A stretch of 64,000 bases of DNA from Planctomycetota bacterium (GCA_039187315.1 JBCCZQ010000004.1:10675-74674); one strand, 5' to 3'. Shown: positions 28,596-39,102, counted from the stretch's first letter. The notes: generated by a model not told the origin, from the letters alone. Numbers and translations: made by a program.

Positions 28596-29627
28596 GTGCA
28601 AGACCCCGCCGCGTCCACGGAGTTTCGACCGATGCGCTACATGCTCGCCATGAACATCGCGCCGGTCTTGCTCCGGCTGGTCCTCGGCCTGACCTTCCTC
28701 TGGGCGGGCGCCGCCAAGCTCACCCAGAACTTCGAGCCCAGCCCCCAGCAGCTGGCTCTTTACGACGCATGGCAGGCCGGCAATCCCGTCGAACCAGACC
28801 CGACGCCAGCCCAAGCACCCGAGACGGAGCGTGAATCCCAGGCTCCGGCCCCGCCTCCGGCCCAGCTTCCAGCCCAGCCTGAAACCCAGCCCGAAACCGA
28901 GCCCGAAACCGAGTCTGAAACCCAGCCCCAGCTAGAAACGCAACCACGCCCACAGCCCACCCCGGTCCCAGAGGCAGATCCGCAGCCCGAACCCGAACCG
29001 ACTCTTGAGTCCCCAGCCCAGACCCCGCCCGACGCCCAGCGGGTCGCTTTCAACCAGCCGGACCCCATCGCCGGCCAGCCAAGGGAACTCCGGCGGCTGT
29101 ACGGCCTGGCTTTTCTCACGCACGCCGCTGCCAACCCGGGCACCGACGAAGCCGGCAACCCGAAGCTCGTGCTCTGGCCGCCCGTCCTCGCCGACGGCAA
29201 GCTCCCGATCTACACCGCCTGGTTTGCAGCGATCAGCGAGCTGCTCTTTGGCCTCGCGGTCTTGTTCGGCTTCTTCACCCGTCTGTCCGCGCTCCCACTG
29301 GCCGGCACCATGATCGTCGCGGCCTGGCTCACGGTCATCGGTCCCGCGATCCAGAGCGGCGATACGCTCCTGTTCGTGCTGCCGACCGGTGTCTTTGACC
29401 TCAAGCCATTCGTTGGCGGCGGTGTTACCTACGCCTACGGCACGTTCCTCTGGCAGCTTGCCCTCCTGGCAATCGCGCTTGCGCTGGCGCTGATGGGTCC
29501 TGGCGCGCTCTCGATCGACCGCATGCTCTTTGGCGCGCCCGCACCTGCCCGCTCTGAGCCGGGCGATCCCTTCGACGACGATGCGGTCGAGTTCGTCAAG
29601 ATGCGCAACGCCCCTGACGACGACTGA
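28596..29627 (+). CDS. DoxX-family membrane protein with an inserted Pro/Glu/Thr/Gln low-complexity loop
   Basis: The first helix is DoxX-like (APVLLRLVLGLTFLWAGAAKL) and three further TM helices lie at the C-terminus. The insert is PAQPETQPETEPETESETQPQLETQPRPQPTPVPEADPQPEPEP. The start could instead be the Met at 28632. Confidence 0.68.
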   Translation: MQDPAASTEFRPMRYMLAMNIAPVLLRLVLGLTFLWAGAAKLTQNFEPSPQQLALYDAWQAGNPVEPDPTPAQAPETERESQAPAPPPAQLPAQPETQPETEPETESETQPQLETQPRPQPTPVPEADPQPEPEPTLESPAQTPPDAQRVAFNQPDPIAGQPRELRRLYGLAFLTHAAANPGTDEAGNPKLVLWPPVLADGKLPIYTAWFAAISELLFGLAVLFGFFTRLSALPLAGTMIVAAWLTVIGPAIQSGDTLLFVLPTGVFDLKPFVGGGVTYAYGTFLWQLALLAIALALALMGPGALSIDRMLFGAPAPARSEPGDPFDDDAVEFVKMRNAPDDD

Positions 29628-29667
29628 TCGCCCGAAGCGTCCGCGCCAGCCGGTGTAGACTGGCGAT

Positions 29668-30366
29668 GTGACCGACACGCACCCGCTCGACCCAGCGCTC
29701 GATCCAAGGCTCGCCGACGCCCTCCGGGGCCGCTTCCTCGTCTTCGAGGGGCCGGACGGCTCGGGCAAGTCCACGCAGTTTGCCCGCTTCGCAGATGCAA
29801 GCCGGTCAGCCGGGCTCACGGTCTGTGAGGTCCGCGAGCCCGGGGGCACGGGCATCGGCGAGGCCGTCCGCGACCTGCTGCTCGCCCACACGCACGGCGA
29901 CATGACCCTCCGCTGCGAGATGCTCCTCTACATGGCCAGCCGGGCTCAGCTCGTCGAGCAGACGGTTCGCCCGGCGCTCGCGCGGGGCGAGCTCGTTCTC
30001 GCCGACCGCTTCGTGACCAGCACGCTGGCCTACCAGGGCGCGGGCGGGGGCCTGCCCGAGCCTGAGATCCGCGCCGTCGCCGCCGCCGCCACCGGCGGGC
30101 TCACGCCCGACCTGGTGCTGATCTTCGACGTCGACGAGACGACCGCAGCCGCCCGCCGCGACGCCAAGCCCGATCGCATCGAGGCCAGGCCCGCCGAGTT
30201 CCGCGCCCGCGTACGCGCGAGCTACCAGGACCAGGCCCGCCGCGACCCGGAGCGCCACGCCCTGCTCGACGCTCGCACCGCGCCCGACGCCGTCTACGCC
30301 GAGCTTCTGGCCGAGCTCACCCGACGCATCGCGGCTCCGAACAGCTCGCGGGCGACCGGCTCGTGA
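29668..30366 (+). CDS. tmk: Thymidylate (dTMP) kinase
   Basis: The P-loop FLVFEGPDGSGKSTQ, the DRF motif (LADRFVTSTLAYQG) and a lid region are present. The start is GTG. Confidence 0.9.
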   Translation: MTDTHPLDPALDPRLADALRGRFLVFEGPDGSGKSTQFARFADASRSAGLTVCEVREPGGTGIGEAVRDLLLAHTHGDMTLRCEMLLYMASRAQLVEQTVRPALARGELVLADRFVTSTLAYQGAGGGLPEPEIRAVAAAATGGLTPDLVLIFDVDETTAAARRDAKPDRIEARPAEFRARVRASYQDQARRDPERHALLDARTAPDAVYAELLAELTRRIAAPNSSRATGS

Positions 30367-31061
30367 ACGAGACCATCCTCCGCGGCGTGCTCGTGCTCGC
30401 CGGCTACCTCGTCGGCGCGATCCCCTTCGGATGGATCATCGCCAAGGCCAAGGGCGTCGACATCCTCCGGCAGGGCTCGGGCAACATCGGCGCGACCAAT
30501 GTCGGCCGCGTCCTCGGCCGGCCCTTTTTCTACCTCTGCTTCGCGTGTGACGTGCTCAAGGGGCTGCTGCCCACGCTCGCCTTCGGGCTCTTCACGGGCG
30601 TGGCGGACTCCCAGGCAAGGACTGCCGCCGACCTGTGGTGGTGGCTCGCCGCCATGGTTGCTCCCGTCATGGGACACATGTTCAGCCCCTACCTCGGCTT
30701 CCGGGGAGGCAAGGGAGTGGCGACCGGCCTCGGCTCCATGCTCGGCGTCTTCCCCATCCTGACCCTCCCCGCCGCCGTTGGCCTGGGGGTGTACCTTTTG
30801 ACCGTCAAAGCGACCCGGTACGTCGGCGTCTCAAGCTGCCTCGCAGCCGTCAGCCTGCCCGCCAGCACGGCGGGCCTTTGGCTCGCCGGCGTGCCGGCGT
30901 GGACCGCCGCCTGGCCCGCTGTGGTCGCGACCGCCCTCTTGGCGGCCGTTGTGGTCGCCAAGCACCGCGGGAACCTCTCACGGACTCTCCGAGGCACCGA
31001 GCCCCGGGCCGGTGACCCGATCCAGGCCCCGCCCTCCGAGACGCCAACCGCGGGATCCTGA
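30363..31061 (+). CDS. plsY: Glycerol-3-phosphate acyltransferase PlsY
   Basis: The motifs GSGNIGATNVGRVLG and FRGGKGVATGLG are present with multiple TM helices. The GTG start overlaps the tmk stop (GTGA at 30363-30366). Confidence 0.9.
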   Translation: MNETILRGVLVLAGYLVGAIPFGWIIAKAKGVDILRQGSGNIGATNVGRVLGRPFFYLCFACDVLKGLLPTLAFGLFTGVADSQARTAADLWWWLAAMVAPVMGHMFSPYLGFRGGKGVATGLGSMLGVFPILTLPAAVGLGVYLLTVKATRYVGVSSCLAAVSLPASTAGLWLAGVPAWTAAWPAVVATALLAAVVVAKHRGNLSRTLRGTEPRAGDPIQAPPSETPTAGS

Positions 31062-31205
31062 GCAGCCGTTCTTGCTCAACCGACAGGCCCCCAGCGACCG
31101 ATAACCAGCCTCGGACGAGGATCGTCCCGGCTCCGATGGCCCGAACAGCCCAAAAGACGGGCAGTTTGTGCCGATCGGGCCTGAATCGGCCGGAGGGCTG
31201 GACCG

Positions 31206-31523
31206 ATGACGATCCGGGTTCCGACATCTGTCGCCATGGAACTGCAAGGACCGTCTGTCATGAACCGTCACCGACTCCGCGGCACCTGGGAAGACGACCC
31301 CGCCCCGATCCCGTTCCCGGGACAAGACGGTGCGGCCCCCGCCGGTCGGCAGGCCGGCGGACAGGACGACCCGGTCCACCCGGAGACCCAGCCGGCCGAT
31401 GCGGACACCGATGGCCTGATCGAGTCCGTCGATCGCGAGCTCGACGCCGCGAGCTACCGCCTGGATGAGCTCCGCAGGCTGGTTACGCCTTTCGAGGACG
31501 ACGACCCGCCCTCGGCTGCCTGA
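31206..31523 (+). CDS. Small acidic hypothetical protein
   Basis: The ATG is preceded by GGAGGG (31192-31197) at SD distance. GC3 bias looks coding. I recognise no homology. Confidence 0.4.
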   Translation: MTIRVPTSVAMELQGPSVMNRHRLRGTWEDDPAPIPFPGQDGAAPAGRQAGGQDDPVHPETQPADADTDGLIESVDRELDAASYRLDELRRLVTPFEDDDPPSAA

Positions 31524-31537
31524 CCGCAGCCGGTTCC

Positions 31538-33301
31538 CTATCCGAGCGTCCGCATGACCAGCAGAGTTTGGTCGTCCTGCCGCACGCTCAGACCGGCGAA
31601 CTGCCGCAGGTGCCAGAACACGCGTTCGACGACGGTCGCTGCCTCGGCCTGCGGGTTCTCGCTGAGGATCTCCAGCAGCGCATCGATGAGCCGCCGCTTG
31701 CCGAAGCGGTGGTCCTCGAAGTCGCGCGTGTCGGTGATCCCATCCGTGTACGCGACGAGCACATCGCCCGGCTTGAGATCGAAGTGGCCGCGCTGATAGC
31801 GCTGGCTCGGGTCGATGCCCAGGACCATGCCCCCGGTGACGAGCTCGTCGACATCGGCGGTCGTGGGGGCGCGGTGATCGGGCACGCGGACGATCAGCGG
31901 CGGTTCGTGTCCGGCGCCGCAATAGGTCAGGTGCCGGGTCTTGGGGTCCGCAACGCCGTACCAGAGGGTGACGAACTCCGCCTCGGTCGTGTCCCGCGCG
32001 AGCGCGCGGTTCGTCTTGCTGACGATCTCGTCGAGGTCGTAGATCTGGTGGGCGTAGGCCCGCAGCGATGAGCGCACGCTGGACATCAGCAGCGCCGCCG
32101 CGACGCCCTTGCCCACGACATCGCCGACGGCCAGCCCGATGTTCGGCTCGCTGCGCTCGCCGATCTTGAACGCGTCGTAGAAGTCGCCGCCGAGGTCGAA
32201 GCTCGGCACGTACCTGGCCGCGATGTCGAAGGGCGGGACGCTCGGCATCGCCGCCGGCAGCATCCGCCGCTGCACATCGCCGGCGAGGTGGAGCTGCCGC
32301 TGCATCTTGCGGTCCTCGGCCTGGAGTTCGAGCAGGCGCGATTGCTCAAGGGCGAGCCCGACCTGCTGCGCGATCGAGCGCACGAGCCGCTGCTCGGCAT
32401 CGTCGAGCAGCCGCGGCTCGCGATCGTACAGCCGGATCGCGCCGATCGCCCGGCCCTGGATCAGCATCGCGCAGGTCACGAACCCGACGAGCCCCTCGTC
32501 GCGCACCCGCTCGGGTCCGATGATCCTCGGATCCAGCCGCAGGTCCTCGACCACGATGGTCTCACCCGCCGAGGCCCGACGGTCGAACTCGCGTGCAACC
32601 GAGAGCGGCCGAGGGTCCGCCAGCCACGCCTCCGAGAGCGATTGGCTGGTCATCAGCCGCACGCCCCGCTCATCGTCCGCAGGGTCGTTGTCATCGTCGA
32701 ACAGCACGATCGAGCCCGCGTCCAGCTCGAGCACTTCCAGGGCCGACTCGAGCGCGATCCGCAGGATCTGCTCGACCTCGGTCGCCCGGGCCAGCAGCGA
32801 GGTCAGCCGGTACATCGCCGACATCTCCAGCACGCGGTGGCGGAGCTCAAGCGAGTGCCCGATGACCTCGGCGCTGCCCGCGGCGAGCTGCTCGATCGAA
32901 GTCCGCAGCGCCGGCCTGTCGGCCTCGCCCACGCCCGTCGCCCGGATCCAGCCGAGGGTCCGCCCGCCGACGCGGATCGCCGCCTCGACCCGATCGACCT
33001 GATCGGATTCGTCGTCTTCGGTCCGAGGCAGGATGGAGAACGGCGGATCGCCCGGTGTGGCCACCACCACGGCGCCCGACGCGTCGTGCAGCGTCACCGG
33101 GCGCCCGGTGAGCGAACCGAGCGACTCGCACAGGTGCGGCAGCCAGCCGTCGGTCAGGAACGGGATCAGCGAGTCGGCCCGCACCGGCTCGAGGTGGGCC
33201 GCGTCCAGCGTGCCGTCGACCACGCCATCGAGCCCCGCCGATGCGCCGTCGCTGTCCGCTGCACTGGTCGATCGCGCCGCCGGCTCACCGTTGCCGGGCA
33301 T
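31538..33301 (-). CDS. GAF-domain-containing PP2C/SpoIIE-family serine phosphatase (RsbU-like)
   Basis: The C-terminal SpoIIE/PP2C blocks are present (GGDFYDAF, VGDVVGKGVAAALLMS, CGAGHEPPL, LVAYTDGITD). They are preceded by two GAF-like sensory domains. Confidence 0.85.
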   Translation of the reverse strand: MPGNGEPAARSTSAADSDGASAGLDGVVDGTLDAAHLEPVRADSLIPFLTDGWLPHLCESLGSLTGRPVTLHDASGAVVVATPGDPPFSILPRTEDDESDQVDRVEAAIRVGGRTLGWIRATGVGEADRPALRTSIEQLAAGSAEVIGHSLELRHRVLEMSAMYRLTSLLARATEVEQILRIALESALEVLELDAGSIVLFDDDNDPADDERGVRLMTSQSLSEAWLADPRPLSVAREFDRRASAGETIVVEDLRLDPRIIGPERVRDEGLVGFVTCAMLIQGRAIGAIRLYDREPRLLDDAEQRLVRSIAQQVGLALEQSRLLELQAEDRKMQRQLHLAGDVQRRMLPAAMPSVPPFDIAARYVPSFDLGGDFYDAFKIGERSEPNIGLAVGDVVGKGVAAALLMSSVRSSLRAYAHQIYDLDEIVSKTNRALARDTTEAEFVTLWYGVADPKTRHLTYCGAGHEPPLIVRVPDHRAPTTADVDELVTGGMVLGIDPSQRYQRGHFDLKPGDVLVAYTDGITDTRDFEDHRFGKRRLIDALLEILSENPQAEAATVVERVFWHLRQFAGLSVRQDDQTLLVMRTLG

Positions 33302-33303
33302 GG

Positions 33304-35091
33304 TCAGCCGCCCCCGTCATCGACATCGCCGTCCTCGAGCCAGACGACCCGCATCAGCTGGGCGAGCGGGTCGTCGCCCTCGAGGTCGATCCGGTCCAGG
33401 CCGCGTTCGGTCATGGCGTCATCATCGAGATGGTGCCCGACATAGGCGAGCAGAAGGGCGGCGCTGCGTCCCTCGGCCCCGCCTTCGAGAGAGAGCGCTG
33501 TCAGCCGCTCCGCGGTGGTCACCAGCCGCTCGCGCGACGGGATCAGGTCCGGCGCGTAGCGCGCCCCGATCAGCAGCGGGTTGGCCAGCAGCGTCTCGCG
33601 CAGGTTGCTCGCCGCCGAGAGGTAGAGCCCGGCGCCCAGCTGCGCATGGACACGAGCGATCGCCGCGGTCGGGTCCAGCTCCCGAAGCGTCAGAGCCAGC
33701 GAGAAGCGGGCCTCGGCCGCGAAGAACGAGCCATCTTGCATGAGCCGCCGCCCTTCGAGCATGTGCAGGCGGAAGTAGCTCTGTGCCGACCCGGCTGCAC
33801 GCTCGGTCAGATCGTCGATGGTCACGCTGTCATCGCGCAGCGCGTCGAGCGTGGCGTCTTCGATGCCCATCTCGCGCAGCCTGGCACGCACACGCTCACG
33901 CAGGGACAGATCGGCGTCGTCCGCCGTTGCATCTACAGCGCCGCCGTCACCGTCTTCGGCGGTCGGTGCCTCGCCGTCGGGCGTGGCATCGGGAGTCAGA
34001 TCAGGCGGCGACTGACGCAGTTCCGTAAGGAAATCGCTCAGCAGCTGGTTCTGTTCGCGGATGCGGTCGGCGACCGTCGGGGTGCCCTCGCCGCCCTCGG
34101 CTGCGTCCTCCCCTCCGAGCCCGACCGCCGTCTGGTACGCCGACTCGAGCCGGCGCAGGTAGCCCTCGTAGCCGATGCCCTCGCTGGCGAGCGTTGTCGG
34201 CGCTGCGGTGCCGCCGGTCGCGGGCGCGCCGCTGAGCCCTTCGATCCTGCCTGATGTATCCCGCAGCCGGGCCGCTTCTTCGGAGACGGTTGAGTCGAAC
34301 TGCCGCACACCACCCAGCGGTGACGCCGTCATGCCGAAGGTCACGCCGTCCGGCGTTGTCACCGTCCCCACCACGCTCTCGGCCAGCGACCGCTCGGCGG
34401 CATAGCCCGCGGACGATCGCAGCCGCCACATGCCCGCGCCGCTCAGCTCGGCGAGCTCTTCCGCATCCGCAGCGGTCAGCGGGCGGGCGTTGACCACCGC
34501 CGACCCATCGCGGGCGATGGCCTCCCGCGTCATGTCGATCGCGGGCGTATCCGCGGTGAACGCGTCCCGCGAGACGGCCAGCGAGCCGGCGATCGATCGC
34601 GGAGGGCGGTTGCCAGTCGTCAGCGCAAACTGGTACTGCAGCGCGTCTGTCCCGCGGATGCCCACACCCGAGAGACCTGAGTACAGCGAGTCGCGCCGGA
34701 AGGTAAACAAATCGTCAGACCCAAGCTCACCCCGGAACTCGCGCTCGGCGGTGTACCCGACATCGCCGCGGAAGCTCAGCCCGTTGGGCGCGTTGCCCGT
34801 GACGATCGCGTTGCGGAATCGCTGGTTGGCCGAGAAATCGACACGCGTCGGGTTCACCCCGCTGCCTCCGGCACGCTGGTTGGCGTCCTGCGCAGTGCCG
34901 TCGCCCTGCGCGAACTGCGCCGACGAGGTGCCCGCAACGGCCAGCGAACCGGCCATACCGACCGAAGCAAGCACCGCCCAGGCAGAGATGCGTCCGGATA
35001 CCGATCGAGCCATTGCCATACCTCCCCGGCTCGCCAGTATTGAGGCGATCAAAGCCCCAGCCGGCATGCCGATACCGATCGTATGAGCCAC
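33304..35091 (-). CDS. Secreted hypothetical protein with TPR-like C-terminus
   Basis: A signal-like segment (ISAWAVLASVGMAGSLAVAGTSSAQ) is present. The gene ends 3 nt upstream of the phosphatase start, so the two form an operon. The start may be an internal Met (about 35019). Confidence 0.62.
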   Translation of the reverse strand: MAHTIGIGMPAGALIASILASRGGMAMARSVSGRISAWAVLASVGMAGSLAVAGTSSAQFAQGDGTAQDANQRAGGSGVNPTRVDFSANQRFRNAIVTGNAPNGLSFRGDVGYTAEREFRGELGSDDLFTFRRDSLYSGLSGVGIRGTDALQYQFALTTGNRPPRSIAGSLAVSRDAFTADTPAIDMTREAIARDGSAVVNARPLTAADAEELAELSGAGMWRLRSSAGYAAERSLAESVVGTVTTPDGVTFGMTASPLGGVRQFDSTVSEEAARLRDTSGRIEGLSGAPATGGTAAPTTLASEGIGYEGYLRRLESAYQTAVGLGGEDAAEGGEGTPTVADRIREQNQLLSDFLTELRQSPPDLTPDATPDGEAPTAEDGDGGAVDATADDADLSLRERVRARLREMGIEDATLDALRDDSVTIDDLTERAAGSAQSYFRLHMLEGRRLMQDGSFFAAEARFSLALTLRELDPTAAIARVHAQLGAGLYLSAASNLRETLLANPLLIGARYAPDLIPSRERLVTTAERLTALSLEGGAEGRSAALLLAYVGHHLDDDAMTERGLDRIDLEGDDPLAQLMRVVWLEDGDVDDGGG

Positions 35092-35307
35092 AGGCGTCGG
35101 CGGTTCGCGCAGAACAGTGCCTGTCGCCGGATACCCGTTGCACCCTTGCTATCGGTCGATTCGCTGCCGGCGGCCCGTCTGGTTCCCGCTTCAGAGGGAT
35201 CAGGCCCCAATCAGCGGTTGACAGGCCCCAAGGCGTGCTCCTTGACGGAGCCTACCGGAGCCAGGCGGAGCTCACAGAGAGCCCCATAGAGCTTGTAGCC
35301 AGGCGGC

Positions 35308-36273
35308 TCAAGCTGCCTTGTCAAGCGGGCGGACCGTCACAGGGGCCGCCAGCTGCTCTCGGATGGACTCGCAGGCCTCGGCCTTGTCGATCACGAGGTA
35401 GTAGACCAGGCCGTCCTTGAGCCACGTGTAGACCGTCGGACTCTTAAGGTCCGTCTCCGAGATGGCCGAGGGATCGAGCTCGTATGTCGTGTCTTCTCGG
35501 AGTTCCGTGCCGCCGGTGTACTCCTGGACGAACAGCGAGACCCTGGTAGACAGGCCGGGTTCGAGCGGCACATCGAAGCGCAGGTGCATGCTGCGTCCGC
35601 CACGCGGGACGCCGCACGGGCCGGCGTCGATGAAGGCGACGTTCTCGACGCCACCGGCCACGAGATCCGCGACCGCGACCTCGCGGCCGATCACGCTCTG
35701 CGCAAAGCCGGGCAGCATGCTGGTGTCGGTCACCTGGAACTTTCCGGCGCCGGGCTCGAGGTCGACGATGCACCGGCCGTGCTCGCGGGCGACGAACTGC
35801 ACCGCGGCGCTGCGGGAGGCGAAGGCCTCGTCCGACGCACCCTGCGGGCCGAGAACCAGCACGCCGGCGATCAGGCCGAGCGCAACCAGCGCGGCGGCCG
35901 CTGTCAGCCGTGTGACCGCAGCCCCCGACCAGAACGAGCGATCGCGCGTGGCCGGGGCCAATCGTGTCGGGACATCCTGGTCATGCGGGAGCGATTCGTA
36001 CCCGAGCGGCTCGGCCGCCATGGCTGCGGCAACCCGATCCCGCAGGCCCGCGGGGGCGGAGGCGGGTTCGCCGCCCAGCGCCCGGCCGATGGCGGCTCGG
36101 AGGTGCTGCTCAGCCTCGATGCGGGCGGCAGCCGCGGTGTCCGGAGCCGCCTCAAGCATGGACTCGAGCCGTCGCTCCTGCTCCGCCGACAGCTCGCCGT
36201 CCGCGGCCAAACGCAGCAGCGCTGCCAGCGAGAGGGAGGTCGATTCGGTGCTGTGGTCGGTCCGGTCGGTCAT
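35308..36273 (-). CDS. Putative anti-sigma factor (single-pass membrane protein)
   Basis: It lies directly downstream of the ECF sigma gene. It has an N-terminal helical cytoplasmic segment, one TM helix (LTAAAALVALGLIAGVLVLG) and a periplasmic domain. I trimmed the ORF to the Met at 36273 (MTDRTDH...). Confidence 0.6.
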   Translation of the reverse strand: MTDRTDHSTESTSLSLAALLRLAADGELSAEQERRLESMLEAAPDTAAAARIEAEQHLRAAIGRALGGEPASAPAGLRDRVAAAMAAEPLGYESLPHDQDVPTRLAPATRDRSFWSGAAVTRLTAAAALVALGLIAGVLVLGPQGASDEAFASRSAAVQFVAREHGRCIVDLEPGAGKFQVTDTSMLPGFAQSVIGREVAVADLVAGGVENVAFIDAGPCGVPRGGRSMHLRFDVPLEPGLSTRVSLFVQEYTGGTELREDTTYELDPSAISETDLKSPTVYTWLKDGLVYYLVIDKAEACESIREQLAAPVTVRPLDKAA

Positions 36274-36452
36274 GCTTCGTGTACCTGTCGTTCGTGGCCC
36301 CGCGGCCGTGGCTCGGAGGCCTGCAGCCCGAATGAAGATCCACCCGGGCACTGTGACAACCCCGTGCCCGGTTGGGGTCTTCCGGGATCGCATGCCCGGA
36401 ATCAAAAATTCTGCACGGGGCGCGAACCAGCCGGCAATAAATTAGTTTTTGC

Positions 36453-37115
36453 TCACTTATCTCCGTCTCTCATAGCCCGTCCCAGCCCGAGTTCCGCGAC
36501 CGCCTCGGGATCATGTGAGAGCGTATCGGCCACGAGCTTCCTTGCCCGGTGCAGCCGGCTCATGACCGTCCCGATCGGAACGCCGAGCACCTCGGCGATC
36601 TCGCGGTATTTCAGCCCCTGCACGCCCCACATGACCAGCACCTGCCGGTACTCCTCCTTGAGGTCGTTCAGTGCGGCGACGAGGCGCTGGTCGACGTGCT
36701 CCCAGTCGAAGCTCGCGCCGTCCCACGCGGGCGGCGGCTCATCGGGCAGCGGCTCGTTCGAGGCGTCGCCGTGGAACTCGCCGACGGCGACGGGTGCCCG
36801 CTGTTCGCGCTTGATCGTGCTGTAGAAGGTGTTGTGTGCGATGGCGAACAGCCACGGCCGCATGCCCCCGCCCTTGGCCTCGAAGCCGTTCTTGGCCGCC
36901 GACCGGATCGCGCGGAGGTAGACATCCTGCACAAGGTCCTGCGCCTTGTGCTCGTTGCGGGTCAGGTGATAGGCGATGCGGTAGACCGCGTCGAGGTGCT
37001 CGAGGGCCTCGGCTTCGAACTGCTCGCGCGTCAGCTTGACCCCGTCGCCCTCGGCGTGGTCGGGATCGCCTCCCGGTTCGTACGCGTTCGGGTTGGCTGT
37101 GCCGTCGTCGGTCAT
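36453..37115 (-). CDS. ECF-type RNA polymerase sigma-70 family factor
   Basis: Region 2 (DLVQDVYLRAIRSA, RPWLFAIAHNTFY) and the region 4 HTH (YREIAEVLGVPIGTVMSRLHRARKLV) are both present. Confidence 0.87.
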   Translation of the reverse strand: MTDDGTANPNAYEPGGDPDHAEGDGVKLTREQFEAEALEHLDAVYRIAYHLTRNEHKAQDLVQDVYLRAIRSAAKNGFEAKGGGMRPWLFAIAHNTFYSTIKREQRAPVAVGEFHGDASNEPLPDEPPPAWDGASFDWEHVDQRLVAALNDLKEEYRQVLVMWGVQGLKYREIAEVLGVPIGTVMSRLHRARKLVADTLSHDPEAVAELGLGRAMRDGDK

Positions 37116-37207
37116 GTCTGCCCGCCGTGCGACGCCCGCAGCTTGGCGGGTGCCGCCGGTCCCTTGGTTCGGCCAGTCTAGGACCGGCCGCCCGCTACAC
37201 TCGCTTT

Positions 37208-38896
37208 GTGCAGCCCTACTACGTCACGACGCCGATTTACTACGTCAACGACCGCCCGCACATCGGTCATGCCTACACCACGCTGCTGGCCGATGTCGCC
37301 GCCCGGTTCCAGCGTCTTCGGACCGGCCAGCCCGGCTCGGTCTTCTTCCTGACAGGCACCGACGAGCACGCCGAGAAGGTAGTCGACGCCGCCAAGGCAC
37401 ACGGCATGACCCCCCAGCAGTGGGCCGACCAGAACGCCGACGCGTTCCGGGCCGCGTTCGCCGCACTCGGCTTCACGCATGATGACTTCGTCCGCACCAG
37501 CGAGGACCGTCACAAGACCCGTGCCTCGGCGTACATCGAGCAGCTGCTCGACCAGGGCGACATCGAGCTGGGCGACTACGAGGGCTGGTGGGACGCCAGC
37601 CAGGAGGAGTACATCCCCGAGAACGTGGCCCGCGAGCACGACTACAAGAGCCCTGTCACCGGACGTGAGCTCGAAAAGCGGACCGAGCAGAACTACTTCT
37701 TCCGCCTCGACAAGCACGAGGCATGGCTCCGCGAGCAGATCGAGTCCGACGCGATCCGCGTCCGGCCGGAGGCGCGCAAGAACGAGGTCCTCGGCCGGAT
37801 CCGCAGCGGGCTCCAGAAGGTCCCCGTCTCCCGACGCATCAAGGAAGACGAGAGCGCCGATGTCGTCGGCTGGGGCATCCGCATGCCCGGCGACGACGGC
37901 CACCGCGTCTACGTCTGGATCGAGGCGCTGTGCAACTACCTGACCGTCGTCGATACGGACGACCGCCGCCGGTTCTGGCCCGCGACCGTGCACGTGATGG
38001 CCAAGGACATCCTCTGGTTCCACGCGGTGATCTGGCCCGCGATGCTCCGAGCGCTCGGCCGCGACGAGCCCAAGACGGTTTACGCCCACGCCTACTGGAT
38101 CCGCGAGGGCCGCAAGATGTCCAAGAGCCTGGGCAACTTCATCGAGATCGAGACGCTCGAGGCCTACGCCGACCGCTACTCGCTCGACGCCCTGCGGTGG
38201 TACCTGCTCACGCAGGGGCCGCTGGGCGCGACCGATGCCGACTTCGTCCACGGCCGGTTCGTTGAGGTCTACAACTCGGAGCTGGCCAACGGCTTCGGTA
38301 ACTCCGCCTCGCGGGTGACCAACATGGTCCAGAAATACGTCGATGGCACGCTGCCGCGCGAGTGCGACGGCCGCTTCGGCTTCCCAGAGGGCAAGGCGCT
38401 CCAGACCGCGCTTGCGGCACGCGAGGCCGTCGGCAAGCCCGCGGACAATCCCGGCCGCACCTTTGATTTTCCGGACCTGGCATCGTCAGCCGTGACAAGG
38501 GCCGAGGCCGCGTTCGAGACATTCGATCTCGAAGCCACGGTCCGGGAAGGCCTGGGTATCGTTCGTGCGGTCGATGACTTCATCAGCTATGCGGCTCCTT
38601 TCACCCTCGCCAAGCGGCTCAAGGAGCACGAGCACGGTGAACCGGCCCTGGCCACAATCCTCTACTCGTGCGCTGAGGCCCTCCGGGTCGCATCGCTGCT
38701 GCTCTCGCCGGTCCTGCCCAACAAGACGGCCGAGTTCTGGTCTCGCTGGGGCTGCGAGCCGGCTGTGGGTGTTGAACTGGTGAAGATCGCCGAGTTCAAC
38801 GGGGCGTATGCCCTGCGGAAGGGCCAGCGGCTCGCCGGTGGCGATGCGCTGTTCATGCGTGCCGATCCGGACGAGGCCGCGCCGGCACCCGCTTAG
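37208..38896 (+). CDS. metG: Methionyl-tRNA synthetase
   Basis: The class I HIGH motif (TTPIYYVNDRPHIGHAYT) and KMSKS (GRKMSKSLGN) are present. I trimmed the ORF to the GTG at 37208 (VQPYYVTTP). Confidence 0.92.
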   Translation: MQPYYVTTPIYYVNDRPHIGHAYTTLLADVAARFQRLRTGQPGSVFFLTGTDEHAEKVVDAAKAHGMTPQQWADQNADAFRAAFAALGFTHDDFVRTSEDRHKTRASAYIEQLLDQGDIELGDYEGWWDASQEEYIPENVAREHDYKSPVTGRELEKRTEQNYFFRLDKHEAWLREQIESDAIRVRPEARKNEVLGRIRSGLQKVPVSRRIKEDESADVVGWGIRMPGDDGHRVYVWIEALCNYLTVVDTDDRRRFWPATVHVMAKDILWFHAVIWPAMLRALGRDEPKTVYAHAYWIREGRKMSKSLGNFIEIETLEAYADRYSLDALRWYLLTQGPLGATDADFVHGRFVEVYNSELANGFGNSASRVTNMVQKYVDGTLPRECDGRFGFPEGKALQTALAAREAVGKPADNPGRTFDFPDLASSAVTRAEAAFETFDLEATVREGLGIVRAVDDFISYAAPFTLAKRLKEHEHGEPALATILYSCAEALRVASLLLSPVLPNKTAEFWSRWGCEPAVGVELVKIAEFNGAYALRKGQRLAGGDALFMRADPDEAAPAPA

Positions 38897-39102
38897 CTCG
38901 CCCGCGGCACACCCCCGCTGAATCCGACCCGCCCGCGGCTCTTTTGCCCATACAGCCCGCACGCCCGGCGCAGGCCCGTTGCCCATCTCCACATCTTGAT
39001 GCCCCGGCGTGGAGACCGCACGGATCCGTGGCAGTCTCACCGCACACGGCCTGCGATCGGCCGTCAGCGGGAACGACACACTCGGTCAGTGGGAGATCAG
39101 GG

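Noticed and set aside
38902-38946. Terminator after metG
   Set aside because: Only a 6-bp CCGCGG/CCGCGG stem with a 25-nt loop precedes CTCTTTTG. That is too weak to report as a feature.
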